Translations under genes and position numbers: made by a program | In this document: positions 40,063 to 50,223 of the stretch, one piece after another | Numbering within the stretch: position 1 is the first letter of the stretch | Layout of the letters: each line of letters starts with the position of its first letter | The notes under the pieces: generated by a model | The model's input: the letters and a program-made list of their open reading frames with translations, nothing else | What the model was told of the DNA's origin: nothing | Databases searched by the model: none | NCBI GenBank assembly: GCA_040219255.1 | Contig: JAVJSW010000037.1 | Span: 64,001-128,000, forward strand | Source of the DNA: Sumerlaeia bacterium | Lineage (GTDB): Bacteria > Sumerlaeota > Sumerlaeia > SLMS01 > JAHLLQ01 | Length of the DNA: 64,000 bases | Direction of reading: 5' to 3'

Positions 40063-40293
40063 GAACTTCAGGAATTCAATAAGCCAAGCAGAATTTCTTT
40101 AAGTTTTATTCAAGTTGCTTCGCACTCGGTTTGGATCGGGTGCGCTCCAAACCTTGAGTATCTCGTGAATTTTCAGTTGCCTATTTGTAATGCGAGGGTA
40201 ATTTCAGAGGCGTCCAAGAAAGACATCCTTCGGAATAGAGGGAAATGTTCTTGGTACGTACAAGAAAATTTTTTGAAGTGAGGACCCCCTCCC

Positions 40294-41181
40294 ATGCGGA
40301 AATCATTCGCTCTTCTTCTCTCGGCGCTCGCTCTGACCGCCGGGACCGGCTTTGCCCAGACGGTCGGCATCGAAACCTTCGAAAACCTGACCTCGCTGGA
40401 CCCGGACCCCGCTCCCGTCACCGGCAGTTCGACCGTGACGGACGCGGAATTCAGTGACGACCAGGGTTCGTCGGACTTCGGCCCGCCCCAGGTGACCCTG
40501 ATCAACGACGACGGCACCGATTATCCCAACGCTGCCGACAACCAATATCTGCAATGGAACGGCAGCACGGACCAGTACCTCGCCCTGATCCACACCGGCG
40601 CCGGGTTCCCCAACACCGCCGACACGATCAACGTCGCCTTCGCCCTGCGCGTGGATACGCTGGAAGCCACCGCGGCGAACAACACCCTCGACATCACCTT
40701 CGTGGCCGGTGGCGGGACCTTCAGCAACCTCTTCGGCCTGGCCGTCGATGCGGGCACCTTCCGCATGGCCAGCGGCAATGCCTGGGGCGCCGCCAACGTT
40801 CTGTCCACCACCGCTTTCGGCGACGCCGGCAGCACCGGCGCCTGGGACGATGGGGAATGGCGCGTGATCATCTGCAGCGTCACCCCGAAGACCGACGGCA
40901 CGGGCGAGGCGCGCTTCCGCGCCTTTGCCCTCAGCACCGGCGCCGAGGAATTCGACGTCTCCTTCTCCGGCGCCACCAACACCAACGCCGCCACGGCGGG
41001 CCTTGGCCAGTTCAGCTTCGGCGCCAGCCTCGCCGATCCCTCCGGCGCCGCGACGGCCGTGTCTCTCGATACGCTGGCGATCTACGAAAGCACCCTCACC
41101 CCCGAGGCCCTGCTGGCCGCCGTGAAGGCGGACTTCGGCCTGCCGGCCAACGCCAATGTGGATAGCTGGGACCTGTACTAA
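40294..41181 (+). CDS. Secreted beta-sandwich hypothetical protein with C-terminal WDLY tag
   Basis: GAGG RBS, signal peptide ending GFAQ, Thr/Asp/Ala-rich, ends PANANVDSWDLY. Confidence 0.8.
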   Translation: MRKSFALLLSALALTAGTGFAQTVGIETFENLTSLDPDPAPVTGSSTVTDAEFSDDQGSSDFGPPQVTLINDDGTDYPNAADNQYLQWNGSTDQYLALIHTGAGFPNTADTINVAFALRVDTLEATAANNTLDITFVAGGGTFSNLFGLAVDAGTFRMASGNAWGAANVLSTTAFGDAGSTGAWDDGEWRVIICSVTPKTDGTGEARFRAFALSTGAEEFDVSFSGATNTNAATAGLGQFSFGASLADPSGAATAVSLDTLAIYESTLTPEALLAAVKADFGLPANANVDSWDLY

Positions 41182-41227
41182 ATCCACCGCGCCGCGAGCC
41201 CGATTCGCGGCCCAACGGATATAGCCC

Positions 41228-41270
41228 AAGGCGGAGCCAGGGAGGACATCGCGTCCTTCGGCTCCGCCTT
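41228..41270. terminator. Hairpin between convergent genes (probable terminator)
   Basis: Perfect 11-bp stem aaggcggagcc/ggctccgcctt. Confidence 0.6.
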
Positions 41271-41357
41271 TGTCATTTTGCCGCGGCCAGTTTGAGAATT
41301 CGCTGCCCTGTCGTCTGTCGTCGTGGCGCGCCACTCCTCATCAGAGCCCAGGCGGGT

Positions 41358-42836
41358 TCACTGCGACCCGATGCTACTCTTGATATCGTTCAGCGGGATT
41401 TCCAGCTTTTCGATCTTGTCGTAAAGATTCCGGCGGCTCATGCCGGCTTGGCGGGCGGCTTCCGAGACGCTGCCGTTGAACTGGCGCAGGAGCGCCTCCA
41501 GGTACTCGCGCTCGAAGCTATCGCGGGCGGTTTTGAAATCGGGGACTTCTTCGACCATGGCCTGGGCCGAGAGGGAGAGTTTGGTGACCACGGTGGAGCT
41601 GCTGCCGCGGCGGCTGGCGCCGAATTCTTCCGGCAGCATCTCCGTCGTGATGATGTCGGTGTCCGAGAGCACCACCAGCCGTTCGATGAGGTTGCGCAGT
41701 TCACGGACGTTGCCGCGCCATGAGGCTTTGCGGAGGCAGTCGGTGAGGGGTTCGGAGAAGCGGAGTCCGGGGCGGTTGTACTTGAGGGCGAGGTGCCGCA
41801 GGAATTGTTCGGCGATGATGGGGATGTCTTCGCGGCGCTCGCGCAGGGGGGGCATCTGGATCGTGATGACGTTCAGGCGGTAGTAGAGATCTTCGCGGAA
41901 GGTGCCGTCGTTGATGGCGGCGCGCAGGTCGCGGTTGGTGGCGGAGACGACGCGCAGATCCACGGGGATGTGGGCGACGCCGCCGACGCGGGTGATTTCG
42001 CGCTCTTGAAGGACGCGCAGCAGTTTGGCCTGCATCGCTAGGGGAAGCTCACCCATTTCATCCAGGAACAGGGTGCCTCCATCGGCCAGTTCGATCAGGC
42101 CGATCTTCGTGCGGTCGGCTCCGGTAAAGGCTCCGCGTTCGTGGCCGAAAAGTTCGCTCTCCAGCAGGTTTTCCGGGATCGAGGCGCAATTGATGGCGAC
42201 GAAGCGCCCCTTCTTGCGGGGGCTCAGATCGTGGATGGCCCGGGCGGCGAGTTCCTTTCCGGTGCCCGACTCGCCAGTGACGAGAACGGGGCTGTCGGAG
42301 GGGGCGACTTTCTTGAGCATCTCGCGGGCTTTGTCCATGGCGGGCGAGACGCCCATCAGGCGGCGCTCTTCCTTCAGGGAAGCGGCCGCTGGCTGGGGAC
42401 CCCGATTGTAGGCTTCGGACAGGGCCGAGTTCATTTCCTTGAGCCGCTTGTGCTCGAAGGCCCGCGCGATGGTCAGAAGCATCTCGTCGGTCTTGAAGGG
42501 CTTGGTGATGTAATCCAGCGCCCCCAGCTTGACGCACTCGATGGCGCCGGCGATGGTGCCATAGGCGGTCATCATGATGACTTCGCAGGGCAGGCCCATC
42601 TCGCGAATGCGGGCCAGGACGTCGCGGCCGTTCATCTCGGCCATGCGGATGTCGGAGAGGACGACGTCCGTCGGGGTGGCTTCCAGGGCCTTGAGAGCGG
42701 CTTCCGGCGACGTGAAGGCCGTCACCGAATAGCCTTCCATGGTCAGGACTTTGGTCAGGATCTTCCCCATGTTCTCTTCATCGTCGAGAACGAGGATAGT
42801 GCCGCGAAAGGGTCGTTGGTCCTGGGGTCGGGTCAT
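41358..42836 (-). CDS. Sigma54-dependent response regulator (NtrC family)
   Basis: REC domain (LDDE, SDIRM, KPF), [23 protein letters not shown]-terminal Fis HTH. Confidence 0.95.
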   Translation of the reverse strand: MTRPQDQRPFRGTILVLDDEENMGKILTKVLTMEGYSVTAFTSPEAALKALEATPTDVVLSDIRMAEMNGRDVLARIREMGLPCEVIMMTAYGTIAGAIECVKLGALDYITKPFKTDEMLLTIARAFEHKRLKEMNSALSEAYNRGPQPAAASLKEERRLMGVSPAMDKAREMLKKVAPSDSPVLVTGESGTGKELAARAIHDLSPRKKGRFVAINCASIPENLLESELFGHERGAFTGADRTKIGLIELADGGTLFLDEMGELPLAMQAKLLRVLQEREITRVGGVAHIPVDLRVVSATNRDLRAAINDGTFREDLYYRLNVITIQMPPLRERREDIPIIAEQFLRHLALKYNRPGLRFSEPLTDCLRKASWRGNVRELRNLIERLVVLSDTDIITTEMLPEEFGASRRGSSSTVVTKLSLSAQAMVEEVPDFKTARDSFEREYLEALLRQFNGSVSEAARQAGMSRRNLYDKIEKLEIPLNDIKSSIGSQ

Positions 42837-42872
42837 GGGTCGGTGGGAAGATTCGGCGCCGGTTTCGATCTC

Positions 42873-44873
42873 TCAGGCGTTGGAGGCCTTTTCGATGTGG
42901 CTGGCGATCCGGCTGGCGAGCTGCGCCGGCAGGAGGCCGAGTTCTTCGTAAAGCTCCGTTTGCTTGCCATGGTCCACGAATCGGTCCGGGATGCCAAAGG
43001 GAACGGCGCGCCGGGGCGAATCGTTCTCCAGGAGGCTCTCGTTGACCGCGGACCCGAATCCGCCTGTCACGGCATTGTCTTCCACTGTGAAGATGTAGTC
43101 GTGATCTTTCGCCACCTGCAACAACAATTGCGTGTCGAGGGGTTTGACAAAGCGCGCGTTGACGACGGTGACCTTGTGGCCGAGGCGCTTCTCGAGGATC
43201 GCGGCCACCTCGAGGAAATCGCGCACCGTCTTGCCAATGCCGACGAGGGCGATGCGCTTGCCCTGTTGCAAGATCTCGCCCTTGCCGATGGGGAGGGGTC
43301 TGGCGGGGGCGCCAGTATCGACGCCGAGGCCGCTGCCACGAGGATAGCGGACGGCGATGGGCCCCTTCTTTTCGGCCTGGTAGGCCACTCCGGTCGCCAC
43401 CATGTCGCGCAGTTCCGCCTCGTCCTTGGGCGCCATGATGACCATGTTCGGGATGATGCGCAGGTAACTCAGGTCGAAGGTGCCGTGGTGCGTCGGGCCG
43501 TCCGCTCCCACCAGACCTCCGCGATCCAAGACGAAGAACACCGGCAGATCTTGCAGGGCCACGTCGTGGATGACTTGGTCGAAGGCCCGCTGGAGGAACG
43601 TGGAGTAAATCGCGCAGACCGGTTTCATGCCCTCTGTGGCCATGCCCGCCGCCATGGTCACGGCGTTTTCCTCGGCGATACCGACGTCGAAGTAGCGGTC
43701 CGGGTGGACCTTGGCGAAGACATCGAGGCCGGTGCCGGAGTCCATCGCCGCCGTGATCCCGACAATGCTGCGGTCGCTGTTGGCGATTTCCGCCAGACAC
43801 GTTCCGAAAACCTTGGTGAACGGAGGCGGACCCGAGGATTTCTTCATTTCGCCAGTCTCGATCTTCATGTCGGCGGCGGCGTGGTACTTGATCGGATCCT
43901 TCTCGGCGAAGCTGTAGCCTTTGCCCTTCTGCGTGATGACGTGCAGGCAAATGGGACCGTCGAGGTCCTTGATGTGCTCGAGCGTCTCCACCAGCGAGCG
44001 CATGTTGTGGCCGTCGATGGGACCGATGTATCGGAAGCCCATCTCCTCGAAGAACATGCCGGGAACGATCAGGTTCTTGATGCTTTCTTCGAACCGGTGG
44101 GCGTAATCGACGAAGGTGCGGCCGCTGTGCTTCTTGATGAAGCTGCCGATTTCGCGCCGCGCCCGGGTGTAGAGCGGATGCGTCACGGTCTTGCGGAAGA
44201 CTTTGTGGCCGACCCAGACGTTTTCGCTGATCGACATTTCGTTGTCGTTGAAGACCATCAGCATCTTGGTCTTGCGAAGGCCCGCGTTGTTGAGGGCCTC
44301 GTAGGCCATGCCGCCGGTCATGGCACCGTCGCCGATGACGGCGGCCACGCGGAAGTCTTCCTCTTTCAGGTCGCGAGCCGTCGCGATGCCCAGCGCCGCG
44401 GAGAGCGACGTGCTGGCGTGCCCCGCGCCAAAGCAGTCGTACTCGCTCTCCTTGCGCTTCAGGAAGCCGGAGAGGCCGTTGTATTGGCGGATGGTTTCGA
44501 AGCGCTCGTTGCGGCCTGTGAGAATCTTCCAGGCGTAGGCCTGGTGACCCACATCCCAGACCACTTTGTCCTTGGGCAAATCGTACTGGTGCATGAGGGC
44601 GATGGTGAGGTCCACCGCGCCCAGGGGAGCGCCAAAGTGGCCGCCGACGCGGGCGATCACCTCGATGATGCGGGCCCGCACCTCGCCGGCCAGTTGCTCA
44701 AGCTCCGCGATCGAAAGTTTTCGCACATCCCCGGGCGATTGGATACGAGGCAGCAGCGCGTCTCCAGAGCGGAGCGAGGCCTCGCCGTGGGCCGCCGTCG
44801 TGGCGGGGGCTTCCGGCTGGGGAGCGGGAGTGTGGAGCAGGCGGGCCATCTCCTCGGCGTGGGTGTGAGACAT
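42873..44873 (-). CDS. dxs: 1-deoxy-D-xylulose-5-phosphate synthase
   Basis: GGHFGAPLG, WDVGHQAY, GDGAMTGG...NDNEMSI, DRGGLVGADGPTH; start trimmed to ATG 44873. Confidence 0.96.
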   Translation of the reverse strand: MSHTHAEEMARLLHTPAPQPEAPATTAAHGEASLRSGDALLPRIQSPGDVRKLSIAELEQLAGEVRARIIEVIARVGGHFGAPLGAVDLTIALMHQYDLPKDKVVWDVGHQAYAWKILTGRNERFETIRQYNGLSGFLKRKESEYDCFGAGHASTSLSAALGIATARDLKEEDFRVAAVIGDGAMTGGMAYEALNNAGLRKTKMLMVFNDNEMSISENVWVGHKVFRKTVTHPLYTRARREIGSFIKKHSGRTFVDYAHRFEESIKNLIVPGMFFEEMGFRYIGPIDGHNMRSLVETLEHIKDLDGPICLHVITQKGKGYSFAEKDPIKYHAAADMKIETGEMKKSSGPPPFTKVFGTCLAEIANSDRSIVGITAAMDSGTGLDVFAKVHPDRYFDVGIAEENAVTMAAGMATEGMKPVCAIYSTFLQRAFDQVIHDVALQDLPVFFVLDRGGLVGADGPTHHGTFDLSYLRIIPNMVIMAPKDEAELRDMVATGVAYQAEKKGPIAVRYPRGSGLGVDTGAPARPLPIGKGEILQQGKRIALVGIGKTVRDFLEVAAILEKRLGHKVTVVNARFVKPLDTQLLLQVAKDHDYIFTVEDNAVTGGFGSAVNESLLENDSPRRAVPFGIPDRFVDHGKQTELYEELGLLPAQLASRIASHIEKASNA

Positions 44874-44955
44874 GGAGATCGAGGTATCCTTAGCGTATGA
44901 CGAGTCGGTCAAAACCCGGAAGGGGAGAAGCTGAGGCGCAAAATGCGGGCCGCGC

Positions 44956-45201
44956 TCAGCTCTCTTCCGCGCTGGGGGAAAATTCTTCCTTGGTGAGGGC
45001 GCCGCCCGGCTCTTCCCGGACGAGCCGTACCCGGCGCTCGAGACTCTCGAGCTTGCCGAGGCATTCCTGCCCCAGCTTGCGTCCTTCTTCGTAGAGGGCG
45101 ATGGATTTTTCCAGGCTCGCCTCGCCGCTTTCGAGCTTGGCGACGATGGCTTCGAGGCGCTCGAGCGATTTTTCGAAGGGTTGATCTGTCTTTTCTGACA
45201 C
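44956..45201 (-). CDS. xseB: Exodeoxyribonuclease VII small subunit
   Basis: FEKSLERLEAIVAKLESGEASLEKSIALYEEG. Confidence 0.93.
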   Translation of the reverse strand: MSEKTDQPFEKSLERLEAIVAKLESGEASLEKSIALYEEGRKLGQECLGKLESLERRVRLVREEPGGALTKEEFSPSAEES

Positions 45202-45474
45202 TCGGAAAGTCGCTTTAGGAAGGTTGGATCGGGGGAAGAGCGGGGTCCGTGGCGAGAAATCGGCGGTACCCTGAAATCCAGAGCTATGCGGGCAAGAGGA
45301 GCGCAGGTCAAGGCGAAGGCGTTGTCATCGCCGATCCGAAATCCTGTTCCGCTTGCAACGGTCTCAAACCCGTGATTCATTCCTTCAATAGGCGATTGAA
45401 ACCCGTTTGACATTGTCCGCATTGCAAGTCCCGGTGTTTTATGCCACATCCATGACGAAGGGTGCGCTTGAGCC

Positions 45475-48126
45475 ATGATGCCACTTCTGAAACCCCTTTC
45501 CTCTTCCCGCAGGCGCTTTGCATACTCGCTAAGCCTCCAGGCGGCGATCTTCTTGCTTCTCCCGTTCCTCGCTTTGGCACAGGAAAGCCCCACCACTCAA
45601 CCAACGGATGACGGCATGATTACCATCCACTACCACCGTTTCGACGGCGATTACGAACGCGTCAGTCTCTGGACCTGGGACGGGCGCGATCAGCAAACGC
45701 CCGAGCAGGCGGAAGTCTTCCCCGCCGGAACGGACGATTTCGGCCCTTACTTCCACGTCGATCCCAGCCAGTATGGCGACGACGATGGCCCCGGCGACCG
45801 CATCGGATTCATCCCCCGCCTGCGCCAGGACTGGAATGAGAAGGACGGGACGGATCGGTTCTGGACTCCCCGTTTGGGCAGGGAAATCTGGCTCATCGGC
45901 AATAACTCGAAGTTGTTCACCGAGCGTCCCGAGACCAGCCCGAAGGTGGCCCGCGCCTACCTCGACGGCGCGCAGGAAATCGTCGCCGTGCTCTCCCACC
46001 CGATGGATCGCGACCGTGTCACCGTTGAGAACTTCAAAGTCGAGCAGGTGATCGGGTCGCCGTCCGACGCGGCGGCCGGGCTCTCCAGCTCGAAGAATAT
46101 CGAGATCACGGAAGTCGTGCCGGGCGGATACGCCAACGGGCAGGTCGAGCAGGTCATCATCCGCACCGCCGAGGAACTCCAGTACCCGGGCCCGACTTAT
46201 CATGTCAGCGCCAAGGAATACCGCGCCGGCGCCGTTTCGCCCCGCGCCCTGCTGGACGATCCGACTCGCTATCACACCGCCAAGCCGATGGGCGCCATCT
46301 ATACCCCAGAGGCCACGACGTTCCGCCTTTTCTCTCCCAAAGCCACGGAAGCCACCGTGATCCTTTTCGATGAACCGGTGGGCGAGCAGGGCCGCCAGGA
46401 AATTCCCATGACGAGCGTGGGCAAGGGCGTCTGGGAGGCCACCGTGGAGGGCGACCTGGAAGGCCGCCACTATCGCGTCAGCGCGGAAACCATCTATGGC
46501 ACCGAGCCCCTGGAAGTGAACGATCCCTACGCCACCAACACGGTCGGTCTCGACGGCAACGCGCGCATCACGGACCTGCGGGCCCTCGATCCGGAAGGCT
46601 TCCGTCCGGTTCAGCATCCCTTCACCGGCCGCCCAACGGACGCCGTCATCTGGGAAATCCACATCCGCGACTTCACCATCGCGGAGAATTCCGGCGTGGA
46701 CGCCGACAAACGAGGCAAGTACCTGGGCTTCGTGCAGCCCGGAACGACCCATCCCGACGATCCGTCGATCTCCACCGGCCTCGATCACCTCAAGGAGTTG
46801 GGCATCACCCATGTCCAAATCCTGCCACCCCAGGATTACGACAACCGCGAAGACGATCCCGATTACAACTGGGGCTACATGACCAGCTTTTTCAATTCGC
46901 CGGAAGGCAGCTACTCGAGCGATTTCCGCACCGCGTCCCGCGTCCACGAGTTCAAGAAGATGGTTCAGGAACTGCACAAATCCGACATCGGCGTCGTCAT
47001 CGACGTGGTGTACAATCACACCGCGCCGACGGCGACCTTCGAGGCTGTATGCCCCGGGTATTACCACCGCATGAAGGCCGACGGCTCGATGTGGAACGGC
47101 TCGGGAACGGGTAACGAGTTCCGCAGCGAAGCCCCCATGGGCCGCCAGTTCATCGTGGACTCCCTCAAGTTCTGGGTCGAGGAGTACGGCGTGGACGGCT
47201 TCCGTTTCGACCTGATGGGTCTGATCGATCTGGAGACGCTCAAGCAGGCCAAAGCCGAGCTGGAAGAAATGTATCCCCACATCCTGTTCTATGGCGAGCC
47301 TTGGGCCGCCGCCGGCCAGGATGGCGTCGGCATCAAGAAGATCACCTACAAGAACGTCGTGACCGGCACCGGCATCGGCGCCTTCAACGATCACTTCCGC
47401 GACGCCCTCAAGGGCTCGACGGAAGGCCGCGATGGAGGCTTCGTCCAGAACGGCTCGCGCCGCGACGCCGTGAAGGTCGGCATCATGGGCGGCATCGACG
47501 ATTGGGCCAGCGACCCGATCCAGACGATCAACTACGCCACCTGCCACGACAACCTGGTGCTGTGGGACAAGCTGGAAATCTCCAGCGACGCGGCCGAAGA
47601 AACCCGCAAGAAGATGCAGATGCTGACCGGCGGGATCCTGGGCGTGTCGCAGGGCGTCATGTTCCTGCACGCGGGCCACGAAATGTGCCGCACCAAGTTC
47701 GGCGATCACAACAGCTACAGCAGCGGCGACGAAATCAATCAGGTCGATTGGGACCTGAAAAAGAAGAACAAGGACGTGGTGGATTACCACACGGGCATCA
47801 TCGCCCTGCGCCGGGCCCACCCCATCTTCCGCCTCGACAGTGCCGAAGAAGTCCGCAGCCGCCTGACCTTCCTTGAGGAAGAATTGCCCCATCACAACGC
47901 CATCGTGTTCACCCTGGATGCGGAGGAGTTGGAAGGCGAGAGCTGGAATGGAGCCGCGGTCTTCATCAACCCGACCACGGAGACGCTGACGTTCGAGAAC
48001 CCGCTGGTGGAAGGCGCCATGGTTTACGTTCACGGAACCCAAGCCAGCGCCGAGCCGCTGCGCGCGCTGGACAGCCCAGTCATCGAAGTTCCCGCTCACA
48101 CGATGGCGGTCATCGCGACGGAGTAA
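45475..48126 (+). CDS. pulA: Secreted type I pullulanase (GH13) with N-terminal CBM
   Basis: YNWGY motif, DVVYNH, DGFRFDLMG, YGEPW, CHDN; N-terminal IHYHRFDGDY...LWTW is CBM41-like. Confidence 0.92.
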   Translation: MMPLLKPLSSSRRRFAYSLSLQAAIFLLLPFLALAQESPTTQPTDDGMITIHYHRFDGDYERVSLWTWDGRDQQTPEQAEVFPAGTDDFGPYFHVDPSQYGDDDGPGDRIGFIPRLRQDWNEKDGTDRFWTPRLGREIWLIGNNSKLFTERPETSPKVARAYLDGAQEIVAVLSHPMDRDRVTVENFKVEQVIGSPSDAAAGLSSSKNIEITEVVPGGYANGQVEQVIIRTAEELQYPGPTYHVSAKEYRAGAVSPRALLDDPTRYHTAKPMGAIYTPEATTFRLFSPKATEATVILFDEPVGEQGRQEIPMTSVGKGVWEATVEGDLEGRHYRVSAETIYGTEPLEVNDPYATNTVGLDGNARITDLRALDPEGFRPVQHPFTGRPTDAVIWEIHIRDFTIAENSGVDADKRGKYLGFVQPGTTHPDDPSISTGLDHLKELGITHVQILPPQDYDNREDDPDYNWGYMTSFFNSPEGSYSSDFRTASRVHEFKKMVQELHKSDIGVVIDVVYNHTAPTATFEAVCPGYYHRMKADGSMWNGSGTGNEFRSEAPMGRQFIVDSLKFWVEEYGVDGFRFDLMGLIDLETLKQAKAELEEMYPHILFYGEPWAAAGQDGVGIKKITYKNVVTGTGIGAFNDHFRDALKGSTEGRDGGFVQNGSRRDAVKVGIMGGIDDWASDPIQTINYATCHDNLVLWDKLEISSDAAEETRKKMQMLTGGILGVSQGVMFLHAGHEMCRTKFGDHNSYSSGDEINQVDWDLKKKNKDVVDYHTGIIALRRAHPIFRLDSAEEVRSRLTFLEEELPHHNAIVFTLDAEELEGESWNGAAVFINPTTETLTFENPLVEGAMVYVHGTQASAEPLRALDSPVIEVPAHTMAVIATE

Positions 48127-48175
48127 ATTCCGGACCCGGCCTGGTTTCATGGCCGCCGGTTCCAACAGTCTTGAG

Positions 48176-48206
48176 GCCCCCCGCTCGCCCGGGGGGGCTT
48201 TTTCTT
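48176..48206 (+). terminator. Rho-independent terminator after the pullulanase gene
   Basis: gcccccc/ggggggc stem followed by tttttctt. Confidence 0.75.
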
Positions 48207-48382
48207 AGCCTTTCCGGCAGATCGCTCCAATCCCGCCATCAGCCTCGTATTGACTCGCTCGACGCATGGACTCCAGCGTGGTGCGGCACCCTCGGTTCCG
48301 CCAGGAATTGAAGAATCGCGGGTCGCCAAGGGAGCGTCATACAGCTTCCGCCCCCGCCCTCGCTAGAAACGCCCACCCGCCC

Positions 48383-49201
48383 ATGCCGATCCATCCCACC
48401 GCCTCCATTCACCCCTCCGCTCAGATCGCCGACGACGCCGAGATCGGCGCCAACGTCATTGTCAAGGAGGAGTGCGTGATCGGTCCCGGATGCGAGATCA
48501 TGGCCGGGGCCGTGATCGGCCCGAGAACGCGCATGGGAGCCGGCAACCGGGTGCATTACTATGCCGTCATCGGCCATGAACCGCAGTTCATCGGCTTCGA
48601 TCCCTCGACCCCAAGCGGGACGCGCATCGGCGACCGCAACGAATTCCGCGAGCACTCCTTCATCCACCGCGGCCTGAAACCGGGCCAGGACACGGTGATC
48701 GGCAACGAGTGCTACATCATGGGCCACGGCCACATCGCCCACGATTGCATCATCGGCAACAACGTCGTCATCGCCAGCTTCTGCGCCGTGGCCGGTCATG
48801 TGGAAGTCGGCGACCGGGCCTTTCTGTCGGGCAACGTGGCGATTCATCAATTCGCCCGCATTGGCCGCATGGCGATGGTGGGCGGCATGACGGGTGTGAG
48901 CCAGGACATCCCGCCGTTCTGTATCGCGAAGGAGTCGCTGGCGCGCATCTACGGCTTGAACGTGGTAGGTCTGCGGCGTGGCGGCGTGGATCAGGCGGCG
49001 CGCAAGGGATTGCAGCGCGCATTCCGGGCTTGTCTGCGCACGAGCCACTCGCCCGCCAAGGGCGCCGCCGCCTTTCGCGCCGAATGGGGGGGCGAGCCGC
49101 TGCCCGGGGTCGTCGAGGAATTCCTGACCTTCTGCGAGACGAAATCCAAACGCGGCATCACGTCGGCCGTTCGCGAAACGGCGGGAGCGAGCGACGAGTG
49201 A
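48383..49201 (+). CDS. lpxA: UDP-N-acetylglucosamine O-acyltransferase
   Basis: IHPTA hexapeptide repeats, HIAHDC, AGHV, HQF, QDIPPF, GLNVVGLRR. Confidence 0.92.
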   Translation: MPIHPTASIHPSAQIADDAEIGANVIVKEECVIGPGCEIMAGAVIGPRTRMGAGNRVHYYAVIGHEPQFIGFDPSTPSGTRIGDRNEFREHSFIHRGLKPGQDTVIGNECYIMGHGHIAHDCIIGNNVVIASFCAVAGHVEVGDRAFLSGNVAIHQFARIGRMAMVGGMTGVSQDIPPFCIAKESLARIYGLNVVGLRRGGVDQAARKGLQRAFRACLRTSHSPAKGAAAFRAEWGGEPLPGVVEEFLTFCETKSKRGITSAVRETAGASDE

Positions 49202-50223
49202 CCACCGCCTCGGCGGAGTCGCCGCCGCGCGCCGCCGCCCAGCCTTCGCCGCAATCATCCGATCTCATCTCGGTGGTCGTCGTGTTTTGGAACGGCCGCG
49301 ATCAGGTCGCCCCGTTCTTCTCCGCCATCGAAGCGGCCAAGAAAACCCTCCCTTATCCGCTGGAAGTCATCGCCGTGGATAACGCCTCGGAGGATGGAAC
49401 CGCCGCCGCCATCGCCAGACAGGCCCCGTGGACGGCGCTCGTGGAGAACGCCGGCAACGAGGGCTTCGCGGGGGGGTGCAATCGGGGACTGGAAGCGGCG
49501 CGGGGCCAGTGGCTCCTCTTGCTCAATCCCGATTGCGAAGCCAACGCCGAAGCTCTCGCGGGCATGGTGGACTACCTGAAGTCCCATCCGAGCGCCGGAG
49601 CCGTGGGCCCCCTGCTGCTGCACGAGGACGGCCTGCCGCAGCACAGCGCCCATCGCGAGCCGTCCTGGCAGTCTTACTGGGCAACCCATTCCCTGGCCAG
49701 CCCGTGGATCGAGACCCTGGGCAAGCGGCTGTGGAAACTGGGCCTGCGCCGCCGCCAGCCCCGGGCCGTGGGATGGCTGATGGGGGCCTGCCTGATGGTC
49801 CGGCGGGAATGCCGCGAGCGGGTCGGTGACCTGCATGAGGCGTATTTCATGTACAGCGAAGACGCCGATTGGTGCCACCGGATCCGGGACGCGGGCTGGC
49901 GGACGGTTTTCCTGCCCGGGTTGACGTTGCCGCACGGCGGGGGAGTTTCCGCCAAGAAGCGGCGCGAATTCACCTTCCGGCGCCTTTACCGAAGCCTGAT
50001 CCTTTACAGTCGGCGCCATCATTCGGCGGGGCAGAACCTCGCGCTGCGGATCTCCATCGCGCTGGATTTATGGCTGCGGCTGCCGATCTATCGGGCCCAG
50101 GGCGATCTCGACCGCCTCGCCAGCACCCGCGCCGTTCTGGCGATGGTGCGGGCGAACGATCCGGAGTTGGCCCTGGAAGCGGAAGCGCCTCGGCCCGCCA
50201 AGAAACCGAAGCGCAAGCGATGA
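49198..50223 (+). CDS. Glycosyltransferase family 2
   Basis: VDNASEDGT, NEGFAGGCN, LLNPD, FMYSEDADW; GTG overlaps the lpxA stop. Confidence 0.9.
   Translation: MTTASAESPPRAAAQPSPQSSDLISVVVVFWNGRDQVAPFFSAIEAAKKTLPYPLEVIAVDNASEDGTAAAIARQAPWTALVENAGNEGFAGGCNRGLEAARGQWLLLLNPDCEANAEALAGMVDYLKSHPSAGAVGPLLLHEDGLPQHSAHREPSWQSYWATHSLASPWIETLGKRLWKLGLRRRQPRAVGWLMGACLMVRRECRERVGDLHEAYFMYSEDADWCHRIRDAGWRTVFLPGLTLPHGGGVSAKKRREFTFRRLYRSLILYSRRHHSAGQNLALRISIALDLWLRLPIYRAQGDLDRLASTRAVLAMVRANDPELALEAEAPRPAKKPKRKR

Noticed and set aside
40124-40160. Hairpin ggtttgga/tccaaacc upstream of the secreted protein gene as a riboswitch
   Set aside because: A single short stem with no recognisable aptamer consensus.
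44874-45596. 241-aa N-terminal extension of dxs in the ORF track
   Set aside because: It overlaps xseB and the pullulanase start, so it is a spurious upstream extension.
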